Assembly: GCF_006345805.1 (NCBI RefSeq)
Contig: NC_043015.1
Span: 45,384,001 to 45,448,000, forward strand
DNA: 64,000 nt
DNA from: Octopus sinensis
Lineage: Eukaryota
Direction: 5' to 3'
Below the pieces are notes generated by a model, which had not been told where the DNA came from, ran no database searches, and saw only the letters and a list, made by a program, of their open reading frames with translations. A program made the translations under genes and the position numbers. How positions within the stretch are numbered: position 1 is the stretch's first letter; each line of letters begins with the position of its first letter. Of this stretch, positions 37,951-50,588 are shown piece by piece.

Positions 37951-38399
37951 TATTTAGTAAAGTAAATTCCTCATTATTAAGCTGGTACCTGGAACAAATT
38001 AACATAAAATTTTTATGGAGGAGTATTATTTAGATCACTTGAAAACAGTAAGTTTGTATCCTAGAACCAAAGGCAGTGTCAGACAGGTTCATATCAAAAG
38101 GGTTCCAATTTCACTGTAAGACGACACTGAAAGTATATTATTCAGCCTTTCATTTCTATAATTCCATTCCACTATAACTATCTTCCAGTAAACAATTTCT
38201 CAACTTTCTCCAAGTGGGTGATTAGTCCAAATTACTCCGTAAGGAGCATAGGGCTGGTTTCCTGTTTTTTTTTGTGACACATATATATAATATATACATT
38301 ATAATATTTTTGTAATTTACTTAACCTTTACTTTTATTGTTATTTTAACTTTTCTATTATATGTAATTTTCTAGATGGTGTAATTTAATTATTCATTTT

Positions 38400-38755
38400 G
38401 AATTGATAAAAGGTGTTTTTTTCTAATATTTTATATATATTTATTATATTGTGTGGAATTTGATTTAGTTTTTCTAAATTGAATTCTTTTTCCTTGTAAG
38501 TTTGGATTTTATTCCCTCAAATAATAATTATATATATATATGTATGTACGTATGTATATATATTATTAATAGTAGGGAATATAAAATTCCAAACTTAAGG
38601 GGAAAAATTCAATTAGCATACTCAATTTAATGTTTATTTATTTAGTGATTTTTAGAATAATATTTAATGTGATATAATTAAATTCTTTCTATATGATTTA
38701 ATATAGATAATATCTTTCACCATCAATTGAATTACTTAAAAAAGGTTTTTTTCTC

Positions 38756-38794
<39 letters not shown>

Positions 38795-39014
38795 TAAATT
38801 AGAGATAAAACCACTATTAGGCAAATCAAACAATGAAAAACTTAAGCCAATACATAAAATTAATTAATTTATATTATTTTAAATATATATCAAAAGTATT
38901 AAAAGTTTAATAAAAGATAATGAGTATAACACTACGATCGTTTCATGGCTGTCCAATTCGTAATAATTCGAGTTATGGTTACAGTCAATCTTCAGGTAAT
39001 TGAAATTATATATA

Positions 39015-39058
<44 letters not shown>

Positions 39059-39060
39059 TC
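38400..39060. mobile_element. AT-rich Penelope-type remnants in inverted arrangement, bounded by (TA)n
   Basis: 38475-38530 is a diverged reverse complement of 38560-38615. A hammerhead-like motif lies at 38928-39000. Confidence 0.45.
38928..39000 (-). ncRNA. Type I hammerhead-like motif with intact CUGAAGA/GAAAC core and long stem II
   Basis: Minus strand reads ATTAC-CTGAAGA-TTGACTGT...ACAGCCAT-GAAAC-GATC-GTA-GTGTT. ACGAUCGU is a perfect palindrome. Confidence 0.7.
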
Positions 39061-39891
39061 CCTGAAAATTAATTTTCTTGACCATGGATATAGTCAACAC
39101 TGTAATGTGCTGGTTCACGGGTGGATTTGAACTACAAACTTCTGGTTTTGCAGTCCAATACTCTACCCACTTAGCCAGCTGTGGTAGACACTCAGTTAAA
39201 GCAAAAAAAATGCCTCTAATCTAAACAAATAAACAAAACAGTAAACAAACACCACGGCTACTACCACAGTCATTTTTTTTTAACCCTCAGCTTTCTCAGC
39301 ACAAATGCCACCAGAGTTGACTTTGCTGTTCAGTGAAACCACAGATTTACAAACAAAGGAGAGAGAAATGATAATGCATGATGTTCTGTGCCATTATGAA
39401 GGACATTAGCAGCGGAAGTGAGTTGAAAAGGACTCTAACCCACCTTCTTTTTTTTTTTTTTTTACATTTTCCACATATATTAACAGCATTCAGAGCTATC
39501 CAACATCTCAGACCACCCACTCCGCAGTTTGAATCTGACAGAATTTTCATACATTCGAAAACGTAATCACCATATTGATACAACCTGACAATACTTCAGA
39601 AACAATACAAACACACACGTAAGTTTGTGTGTGTATATATGTACATATATTGTATGTATGTATGTGTGTATGTATGTATGTACGCATATAATATATATAT
39701 ATATAATATATATATATATAGATAGATAGATAGAATGTATGTATGTATGTGTGTGTGTATATATGTACATATAAGTATGTATGTATGTACGTACGCATAT
39801 ATATATATATATATAGATAGATAGATAGATAGAATGTATGTATGTGTGTGTGTGTGTATATATATATACAGATAGATAGATAGAATGTATG

Positions 39892-39923
<32 letters not shown>

Positions 39924-40200
39924 GTATATACACACACACACACACACACACCATACACTACAATTATATAATTCTGTAAATGCCCTTAGCTTTTTGGCTG
40001 TCAGCCACGCAACACTTACACCTCACCACACCCGTTCCACTTCTCCATTTGAAAGAAAAGTTTAGGAGGGCAGAGAGATGAAAAATGGTTAGTAATGGCA
40101 CAGGAACCAGAGGAGGAACCCTGACAGCAAAGGAAATCCTGAGTGCAGTGTTTGAATAGGGGTTGAACAAGTATAAAGGGTTTTAATTTAGAACACACAT

Positions 40201-40251
<51 letters not shown>

Positions 40252-40573
40252 TATACACGGAAATGCTGGCAAAGAATTAATTACCAGATTGCAAGCAGGA
40301 AAGCTTGTAAGATGAAGAGATGTCAACAACATGGGTCAAAAAAATTATCAGAATGCATTAATGATGGGGAGAGGAAGGAGGAAAGAGAAAGCATGGTGGT
40401 GGTGGTGGTGGTAGTTATGACGATGGTGGTGGTGGTGGCAGAGAATAATTATGGTGAAATGGATAGAGGGAGAAAGAATATGAAAGAAAAGGTGAGTTCC
40501 ACATTGTTTTGGAAAGAGTGTAGTGGGAGGAAAACAGGTGACAGAAAGAGATGGGTTAAGCAGACAAAAAGGG

Positions 40574-40606
<33 letters not shown>

Positions 40607-40719
40607 AAAGGTGGTTTATAGGTTACAAGGGACAGAGATTGAGTACGAGAGACAAACTGAAAGAGATTATATACTGTTTTAGAAAGGGTAAGGAAAAACA
40701 GGTGATCAAAAGAGAGAGG

Positions 40720-41460
40720 GTTGAGAGAGAGAAAGGCTAAAAGAACCAATTAGTTTTGGAAAGAGCAAGGAGGGAAAAGGGAAATAAGTCAGGTGATAGG
40801 GAGAGGGTGAACATAAAAGAAAGAAGGAGAGGATGTCAGTGAATTACTGACTTCAAGAGAGGGTACAGAAGTGGAAGATGAATGTTTAATAGGGAGCAAG
40901 AGAAAACAAAGAGAAAGAGAAGAGAAAGAGACACTAATATATCGTAACTTGAGAGTGAGAGAGAAATAGGGAGAAGATAGTGAATGAAGTGAGAGAAAGA
41001 GAAAAAGGAAATGAGAGAGAGAGAGAGAGAAGGAGCAAGGAGAGAGAGGTTGAGGCCAAGAGAAAAAATATGAAAGAAACAGAAGGATCTAGGTGAAAGA
41101 AAGAAAAGCAGATAGAAATAGGGAGAAGATAGAGAATGAAGTGAGAGAAGGAGAAAAAGAGAAAAAGGAAGTGAGAGAGAGAAGGAGCAATGGGAGAGAG
41201 GTTGAGGCCAGGAGAAAAAATATGAAAGAAACAGAAGGATGACAGTTAAAAAAATGGATCTAGGTGAAAGAAAGGAAGAAAAGCAGATAAAGTAATGAAG
41301 GAAAGACAAAGGCAAAACAATGAAGAAGTGAAAAAATTACAAAGTGAATCCAAAATGTAAGAACATGCTAGAAACACACACAAATTGACAAAAGCAATGA
41401 AAGAAAGAAAAGAGGACAAATAAAAAGGGAAGAGAAACCGAGTTGGTGCATAAGAGAGAG
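40720..41460 (+). repeat. Purine-rich tract containing a 152-bp tandem duplication (40962-41290)
   Basis: agaaatagggagaagatag starts at 40962 and 41114. Confidence 0.85.
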
Positions 41461-41659
41461 CGTATGCTTTTTACACTACCCTATATATACAAACCCATTC
41501 ATAAACCTCTGTGTGTTTGTGTGTTTATGACTAGGCCCTGACAGTTGAGGTCCAGAAAACTGAGGTTACCTGTCAGTGGCAGACTACACTGCCTTCTTTT
41601 CCAACCACTTTCTCACCTCCGCAGTTAACAACTAGCCACACCCATCCAATTAAGATACC

Positions 41660-41883
41660 TATTTCTTTACTACCCACAAGGGGCTAAAAAACAGAGGGGA
41701 CAAACAAGGACAGACAAATGGATTACATCGACCTCAGTGCGTAACTGGTACTTAATTTATCGACCCTGAAAGCATGAAAGGCAAAGTCGACCTCAGCGGA
41801 ATTTGAACTCAGAACGTAACGGCAGATGATATAACGGCTACGCATTTCGCCCGGCGTGCTAACGTTTCTGCCAGCTCGCCGCC
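41660..41883 (-). mobile_element. SINE family B, full length
   Basis: Consensus match. The tail is followed by ggtat on the minus strand. Confidence 0.9.
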
Positions 41884-42224
41884 ACAGCAATTTCATGGAA
41901 TGCAAGGATCTGGTGCAGTTGCAGGGACATTCAACCTGTTTTGGCACTTGAGACAAACATGTCGTATATACAAACAAGCACAGAAATATACACGTAAAGA
42001 TAGAGACAGTCGGGGGGGGGGGCATTATGCATATATACAAACGTAACTAGATACCAGGGACGTTTCACCTGGGTTGGCAAGGTAGGAAGTGTCTACCTTG
42101 AATAAAATAGGCCGATAGTAACATTTTCCTTTTATGGCAAAATATGCACCTAATCCATTAAATTATGAAGATTACTCTGATTACTATGCATAAAATGCAA
42201 AATATCTTATCTTTTTGTAGATTA

Positions 42225-42406
42225 GGCACAGGAGTGGCTGTGTGGTTAGTAGCTTGTTTCCAACCACATGGTTCCGGGTTCAGTCCCACTGCATGGCACC
42301 TTAGGCAAGTGTCTTCTACTATAGCCTCGGGCCGACCAAAGCCTTGTGAGCGGATTTGGTAGACGGAAACTGAAAGAAGCCCGTCGTGTGTGTGTGTGTA
42401 TGTATG

Positions 42407-42445
<39 letters not shown>

Positions 42446-42660
42446 GTGTTGTGTGTTTGTGTGTCTGTGTTTGTCCCCCTAGCATTGCTTGACAACCGAT
42501 GCTGGAGTGTTTATGTCCCCATTACTTAGCGGTTCGGCAAAACAGACCGATAGAATAAGTACTGGGCTTACGAAAGAATAAGTCCTGGGGTCAAGTTGCT
42601 CGATTAAAAGGCGGTGCTCCAGCATGGCCGCAGTCAAATGACTGAAACAAGTAAAAGAGT
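42225..42660 (+). mobile_element. SINE family A, full length
   Basis: Consensus match. Confidence 0.9.
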
Positions 42661-42950
42661 AGGTAGTTATAATTCACCCCTGCCTTTCAATTTCAGTATC
42701 AAAACTGTGCATAGTACTGCAGCAGTATACGTAGTGTGTACATTCCTACATTGTTTTCTTTATGCGCTATAAAGGCAGAAGTAAATCTGCCTCCAACTAA
42801 ATCATGTGCCTGTGTTTCGCTTATTTTGTTGTGTGTATTTTACTACATAAACGTCACCAACTGCCTACTCTGAGTAATTACTGACAGCACATGCCTGCTA
42901 GATACTCATGCACACAAAAAGAAAGAGAGAATAAGAGAAACATCAACTCT

Positions 42951-43167
42951 TATTTCTTTACTACCCACCAGGGGCTAAACATAGAGGGGACAAACGGATT
43001 AAGTCAATTACATCGAATTCAGTGCGTAACTGGTACTTAATTTATCGACCTCAAAAGGATGAATGGCAAAGTCGACCTTGGCGAAATTTGAACTCAGAAC
43101 GTAAAGACAGATGAAATACCGCTAAGCATTTCGCCCAGCATGCTAACGTTTCTGCCAGCTTGCCGCC
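42951..43167 (-). mobile_element. SINE family B
   Basis: Consensus match with a short deletion near the tail. Confidence 0.85.
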
Positions 43168-43171
43168 TTAA

Positions 43172-43410
43172 CTCATAGCATTCAGAAACATTAACTCTTA
43201 GCATTCAGATTACTCTGTCAAATCATTAATTCACATTGTTTTAAATTAATCATGCATTATCTTGTAGTTTTCAGATTTCAATGTTACGATTGTTGTATTT
43301 TTAGAATGACATTGCAGGGTAGGTATGAGAGACTGAATCTAGCCAGCTTGAACATAAAAAGCAAGTTGAATATCTGTCCCAGATATGGTCAGTTTAAACA
43401 CTAATGGTTT
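43172..43410 (+). mobile_element. piggyBac-like MITE family E with duplicated left terminus
   Basis: ttaa-ctcatagcattcag followed by ttaa-ctcttagcattcag. The body is similar to 7245-7464. Confidence 0.75.
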
Positions 43411-43695
43411 AAAACACTTTGAAGTCAAATAAGTTGATGGTGAATCAGCAATGCCAAACAGGTGGCACTGAAAAGGCCGTGCCAAATCATCTCATAACCT
43501 TAGTTTCATTTCTGATCACTGCACACTAGATGAAGAGATCTTAATCTGCTCTAATCCTTAGGAAAAAGAGGCTAAACAAACATCTAATACATTACTATAC
43601 TAAGGAGGCCCTTAACATTCAGTGTGTCTATATATATACTCTTTTACTCTTTTACTTGTTTCAGTCATTTGACTGAGGCCATGCTGGAGCATCGC

Positions 43696-43739
<44 letters not shown>

Positions 43740-43743
<4 letters not shown>

Positions 43744-44210
43744 CTTTACTACCCACAAGGGGCTAAACACAGAGGGGACAAACAAGGACAGACAAACGGA
43801 TTAAGTCGATTACATTGACCCCAGTGCATAACTGGTACTTAATTAAGGTGGCGAGCTGGCAGAAACGTTAGCACGCCGGGCGAAATGCTTAGCGGTATTT
43901 CGTCTGCGTTACGTTGTGAGTTCAAATTCTGCCGAGGTCGACTTTGCCTTTCGTCCTTTTGGGGTCGATAAATTAAGTACCAGTTACGCACTGGGGTCGA
44001 TGTAATCGACTTAATACCTATGTCTGTCCTTGTTTGTCCCCTCTGTGTTTAGCCCCTCATGGGTAATAAAGAAATAGATACTTAATTAATCGACCCCGAA
44101 AGGATGAAAGGCAAAGTCGACCTCGGCGGAAATTGAACTCAGAATGTAACAGCAGACGAAATACGGCTACGCATTTCGCTCGGCGTGCTAACGTTTCTGC
44201 CAGCTCGCCG
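43740..44210. mobile_element. Family B (plus, 43847-44078) nested antisense in family B (minus)
   Basis: TSD tacttaatt(aa) at 43836-43846 and 44079-44089. Confidence 0.9.
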
Positions 44211-44227
44211 TGCGTCTATATATATAG

Positions 44228-44615
44228 GCTCAGGTGTGGCTGTGTGGTAAGACGTTGGCTTCCCAACCACATGGTTCCAGGTTCAGTTCACTGTGTGACA
44301 CCTTGGCCAAGTGTCTTCTACTATAGCCCTGTGACAACCAAAGCTTTGTGAGTGGATTTGTTAGACAGAAACTGAAAGAAGCCTGTCATATGTGTGTATG
44401 TGTCTTTGAGTCTGTGTTTGTCCCCCACTACTGCTTGACAACCAGTGTTGGTGAGTTTACATCCTTGTAACTTAGCAGTTTGGTAAAAGAGACTAATAAA
44501 ATAAGTACCAAGCTTTTAAACAAAAATAAGTCCTGGGGTTAAGTCAATTAAAAATTCTTCAAGGCGATGCCCCAGCGTGGCCACAGTCTAATGACTGAAA
44601 CAAGCAAGGGATAAA
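44228..44615 (+). mobile_element. Older family A variant
   Basis: Diverged head, CORE-like segment and 3' module. Confidence 0.8.
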
Positions 44616-45303
44616 AAACAAACACACACACACACACACACACACATAAAGAAAGACATTCTTGACCCACATACACACACACACACAGAAACTACTACCA
44701 ATATACACAAACACAGAACTAATTAGACATCTGCACTCCAATTACCACACCCCTCTACCTTAAATAACCTACCTATCTTGTCAAACCACCACCACCACCA
44801 CTACCACAACTTCAGACAACCCACTCACCAGCCAAACAGTACCGATTTCTCTCTTCACCTTTAATTAACCTAAACAAACAAAATAAGCCAAACATTCCAC
44901 CAGATGAAGGAGAGTTACAAAACAGAGAGAACTTCCAGTTCTGGCAAAAATCTATTACAAGATTTACTGTGAGAGAGGAAGAAGAGTGGGGCAGGGAGGG
45001 GTCAAAGCAATGAATAAACACACATGAAAAAAGGAATAGAATTAAAAACAAGTTTTGGTATCACAATGTCAAAGCTGTTAACTGTATTCCTCTAAGTACT
45101 CTTTCTCTTTCTCTCTCTTTCTATGGATTTTCTACTCTCACTGATAAAGATACATTTTCATAACGACCTCGAACCCACAAGAGTAAACAAGAGAGACAGA
45201 GACAGGCAGAAACAAGGAAAATGCCACTTATATTTGAACACTATACAAATATTCTTTTAAAAAAACTTTCCTTTTAATTTTTCTAAATTTAATTATTTAA
45301 TTG

Positions 45304-45344
45304 TTACAGTTGAAAAAGTCTCAATGACTGAAACCGGTACTGAA
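45304..45344 (+). ncRNA. Decayed hammerhead-like motif
   Basis: CAG-TTGAAAA-AGTC tcaat GACT-GAAAC-CG-GTA-CTG. Two transitions from CUGAAGA, perfect 4-bp stem II, palindromic ACCGGU. Confidence 0.5.
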
Positions 45345-45782
45345 ATGTTCTCTATAAAATTATTTTAGCATTTTCTATCCTGATTTGTTTTTTCATATAT
45401 ATATATATATCTGCTAACTCAGAAGACTACTACAGCCTCAGCCATGAGCTTGGAACCTAACGGAAGATCAATTATAGCACTTATGCAGCATACCTATTGG
45501 TTTAGATCATCAGTGAACTAAATCCCACATATTCTAGAGATAAAATATATATATAAAAATACAAATTGGGACAAGAAAGGAAAAACAACCAACTGGACAA
45601 TCAGGTGGTACAAAAATGGGACAGCAAAACATCCAGATAGATGATACAAAGAAAACAAGGACAGGTCATTCAAAGTTTTCTTTCCTCAGTCAAGTACCAT
45701 ATCTTCGCAATTTTGGCTCATGAATCAAGTGAGGGAACAACAAGCAGGTGTATTAATTTGATGCTCAGGAAGAATGGAAAAG

Positions 45783-45820
45783 CCTTTGACATTTCGAACC
45801 TGAGCTCTTCAGCAGAAAGG
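45783..45820 (-). ncRNA. Minimal hammerhead-like motif, core CUGCUGA (family of 5769 and 9423)
   Basis: Minus strand reads CCTTT-CTGCTGA-A-GAGC tcag GTTC-GAAAT-GT-C-AAAGG. Confidence 0.6.
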
Positions 45821-46699
45821 GTTGAGAAGAAAAAAATGGAGAGGGAATGAAAGAGGTTTTTACCCTTCATATCTATATATGTGTGTGTGTGTGTATTTAT
45901 ATACATACTACTCCTTGATAAATATATATTATATATATATATAATTATATATATATATATAATATACATGAAGTGTCATGTTAAAAAGCACCAGCACATT
46001 TCTGTAAAGTGATTGGTGTTAAGAAGGGCATCCAGCCATAGAAACCAAGCCAATACAGACTGTAACTTGGTGCAACACTCCTCTCCCTGCCAGCTCAGCT
46101 CTGGTCAAACCGTCCAACACATGCCAGCATGGAAAACAAACATTAAACAATGATAACGATAATGAAAGGAGTAATATAGAACACGGATACAGAAAATCAT
46201 GGAAACAGTAGTAATTGTATGGAGGTTATATGGATAAGTAAATCTGTCTTCACCTCTCACACCCACTGACTTTATGATAGATATATATATAGGTGTGTCT
46301 GTGTCTATCCGTCTTTTTACATTCTTCCCACTGCATATTCCTGTATATTTCTGTTTATCCATATTTTAAATGATACTTTCAAGAATTTAATCTATCCATC
46401 CAAGCTTTCGTATGTCTCTTTACACTTTTACTCATGTATGTCATACATCTAATTTATGTAACAACCTCGTAGTTTCTGTATGTGTCTATGTATTTACACT
46501 GCCATACATACTTATATGCATCTATCTATGCACTCATACATATGCGTGTGGGCGTATCAGTATATTTCCTTCCATGCTTATATATTTTTCATCAGTACCA
46601 ATACTTCCACAGAGATTTTCATAATATTTATATACACACACATACACATTCATAATTATATATATTTTATAATAGAATTCCACTTATACATATGCATAA

Positions 46700-46940
46700 G
46701 TATGTATACTTCCACTGATACTTACATATATATCTATATATCTATATATATACATATATATCTATATATATACATATATATCTATATATATACATATATA
46801 TCTATATATATACATATATATCTATATATATATATATATATCTATATACATATACATCTATATACATATACATCTATATACATATACATCTATATACATA
46901 TACATATATATCTATATACATATACATATATATATACACA
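46700..46940. repeat. 20-bp-period minisatellite built on (TA)n
   Basis: tctatatatatacatatata is repeated from 46741, then degenerates. Confidence 0.85.
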
Positions 46941-46953
46941 CAAACACACACAG

Positions 46954-47008
<55 letters not shown>

Positions 47009-47530
47009 TACACACACACACAGACATATATATACACACACACAAATCTTTTCAATAGTTAAATTAGTGCTAACAAACTTAATGCAGTGAGCATCAAATA
47101 TCTAATTAGAAATCATTTTTTATGCCCAATATGTTATGCTAACACTAACTTAACTACTGTTTTTCATGCAAACGGCGCCTTCAGGTAATTAACTTTGGTG
47201 ATTTGCTATGCATGTGTATGTATTCTTATCTAGCTGACTGTTTATTCTTCAATTTAGACTTCTATTTATTTACCTATTCTTCAATTTATCTTATCTTATT
47301 CTAGATCTTCAATCTACATTGAAATCACTCTCACAAACACACACTCTCTCTCTCTCTTTCTAATATTTGGTGTTCAACTCTCTCTTTTTCTATCTCTCTC
47401 TCTCCCCCACAAAATATTCATTCATTTCCTTTTATTTACCTTGCACAATGTTTATGTATTTTCAAACTACATTACATTTCAAATTTAAATTCAATTACAG
47501 GATTAATACCTCAAACTCAGTAAAGAAAAC

Positions 47531-47568
<38 letters not shown>

Positions 47569-47579
47569 CACACACACAG

Positions 47580-47613
<34 letters not shown>

Positions 47614-47631
47614 ATACACATACACACACAC

Positions 47632-47666
<35 letters not shown>

Positions 47667-47678
47667 CACAAACATGCT

Positions 47679-47719
<41 letters not shown>

Positions 47720-47729
47720 ACACATTCCT

Positions 47730-47936
47730 CTTTTACTCTTTTACTTGTTTCAGTCATTTGACTGTGGCCATGCAGGAGCATCACCTTTAGTCAAGCAAAT
47801 TAACCCCAGGACTTATTCTTTGTAAGCCTAATACTTATTCTATCAGTCTCTTTTGCCAAACTGCTAAGTTACAGGGACGTAAACACACCAGCATCGGTTG
47901 TCAAGCGGTGCTGGGAGGACAAACACAGACACACAA

Positions 47937-47970
<34 letters not shown>

Positions 47971-48245
47971 GGATATAGATATTATAAAATAATTGGTGAT
48001 TACACCATACATTACAGACAAAGATGTAATTTACATATGCACATTTACATATTTGTCTATCTATTTATACACACAAAGACACATGCACACATACACACAC
48101 AAAATGGGCTTCAACACATTTTCTGCCTACCCAGTTCACTCACAAGTCATTGGTCAGTCAGAGGCCATAGTAGAAAACAAATGACCAAGGTAGCATGCAG
48201 TGGGACTGAACCTGAAACTACATGATTGCATAGCAGCCATGCCTA
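47730..48245 (-). mobile_element. Family A fragments (3' module 47730-47940; older 5' half 48105-48245)
   Basis: Consensus matches. Confidence 0.75.
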
Positions 48246-48385
48246 CACTGTATCCATTAAAAAAAAAACAAAAAAATTAAATAAACTAAAAATAAAGAAG
48301 ACTGGATAATCCCAGCTGACATATCAAAAGCCTTTGAATATAAATTTGCTCAATCAGAGAGTTGACCTGCAGCAAAACAACAATC

Positions 48386-48945
48386 CATATTCTGTTGTGT
48401 CTGGGGAGAGTCATTTTCTTTTTGTGCCATATAATGTAACACACTCACCAGTAAAATTTCCACTTATTTCTTATTTTTATTTTCCTAAAATTTCCGTTGC
48501 GTCTTGCAACCTTTTCAATAGTCTTGACTCTATTGAAAAGGTTGTAAGACGCAACAAAAATTTTAGGAAAATAAAAATAAGTGGAAATTTTACCGGTGAG
48601 TATGGTAAATTATAAGGCACAAAAAGAAATTTTCATTGTGTCTTGCAACCTTTTCGATAGAGTCAAGATTATTGAAAAGGTTGTAAGGCACAACGAAAAT
48701 TTTAGGAAAATAAAAATAAGTGGAAAATTTTACCGGTGAGTATGGTAAATTATGAGGCACAAAAAGAAATTTTCGTTGCGTCTTGCAACCTTTTCAATAG
48801 AGTCAAGACTATTGAAAAGGTTCCAAGATGCAACGAAAATTTTAGGAAAATAAAAATAAGAAACAAGTGAAAATTTTACCGGTGATTGTGTTAAATTATA
48901 AGGCACAAAAAGAAAATGACTCTCTCCCAGACACAACAGAATATG
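48386..48945. mobile_element. Foldback/palindromic MITE with internal 140-bp tandem amplification
   Basis: Long terminal inverted arms catattctgttgtgtctgg... / ...cccagacacaacagaatatg. Three internal hairpin units start at about 48491, 48631 and 48771. Confidence 0.85.
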
Positions 48946-49191
48946 CTTCAACACACGAACTCACAAAGAATCTTGCAAACCAAATCCAAAACAATTCATT
49001 TGTTTTATATATAATACACACAGCATAAAAGGCATGTGCACACATGCATAAATACACGCCTTTATATAGACAGACACAATACATGGGATAGGGTCTACTT
49101 TTTTTATATTTTATTTACTTATTTTCCAGGGACAATTCTCACTTTGTGAGTAACACACCTTGAACTAAATAAACCTTCCGATCAAAAGATA

Positions 49192-49237
<46 letters not shown>

Positions 49238-50289
49238 AAAGGCACGCACAAACAGAAACCAACATTTCTATTAATGACTCGGATGACTCAAAGGTTTCTA
49301 TGACTGTTACAATGGGGGGGGGAAAGTGTACGTGGTGCTGAAGAGGGATCTGGGATATGTAAGGGGTTGGAAATAGTGGGGGTAGTACTAAAATAAAATG
49401 ACTTCATGTTTTCAGAAAGACTTGTTTATCTCATCTCAGGAGGAAAAAGCCTTTCCTTTGTACAAAATTATGATTAACCCAAAAAAATCTCCCTATTTTT
49501 TTTTTGGTGAATTTTTTATGCAATTTATTTAATTTATTCTATTCTATTTTATTTGATTGTTTTTTTTTCTTTTCTTTTTCTTTACACTTATTTTTTGTAT
49601 TTTTCCTTTTAAGAATATAATACAATGAGTTTACAAGGATGAACTGTATAAATGTTTTTTTCATTTATTTTTATTTCTAAAAGACATCATATGAAAACAA
49701 TCATTTTGATAAAAAAAAAAATTATAGTTGCCATTGTCAACATCATCATCACCATCATAGTCATCCTAAGTATTGTCATTGTCATCATCATCATCATCGT
49801 CATTGTCAGCATCTTCATTGTTAGTAGTCATTTTATACACATCAATCAGTCTCATCAAAATTCTTTCTGATAGAGCTCAACTCAACCTTCGATAATTATA
49901 TTGAATTATTCATTTATTCTCAATTCATTTTGCAGAGGTAAACGTTCTGGACCATTCTATTATAGCGCCATGTGTGATCAAATCTACAGAAAGCATTTCA
50001 TTGTGACTCTACATAATGCACCTACCCCCACCCCATCCCACCAACAGACACATAGGTTCATAGAAACACTACCTTCAAAGTCCATCATCATCATTTAATG
50101 TCCACTTTTCCGTGCCTGGAATTTAAGGTAGATTTTTTTTTTTCACGGCCGGATGCCCTTCCTGTCACCAACTCTCACCTGCTTCCAAAGCAAAGTAATA
50201 CTTTCCCGTTGCTGGATATTTTCCACAGAAGACAGGAAATGAACAACCTTGCTTGTATCATGATGATGAGGCTCATTTGCAACTGTCGT

Positions 50290-50588
50290 GTTCCTTCTCG
50301 AGCCATGCCTGGCTCATAAAGGGCCGGTTTCCCGGTTTCCTAGGCATATAGGTTCCCCACCTGGACGGGACACCGGTCCATTGCAGGTGAGCTGCAAGAT
50401 GCAGGAGGAAAGAGTGAGAGAAAGTTGTGGCGAAAGAGTCAACAGAAGTTCTCCATTACCTTCTGTCGGAGCTGCGTAGAGCTTAGGTGTTTCGCTCATA
50501 AACACACACATCGCCCGGTCTGAGATTCGAACCCGTGATCCCTCGACGGCGAATCCGCTGCTCTAACCACTAGGCCATGCGCCTCCAC
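50290..50588 (-). mobile_element. SINE family C, full length
   Basis: Reverse complement of 21445-21749. Flanks share caactgtc(g/a)tg. Confidence 0.9.

Larger units (their letters stand above)
37292..38107 (+). mobile_element. piggyBac-like MITE (related to 33375-33594) split by a Helitron and a family D insertion
   Basis: Left end aaccctttgttat, middle tttagtaaa...cattattaagctgg...ggaacaaatt, right end atcaaaagggtt. Confidence 0.6.
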
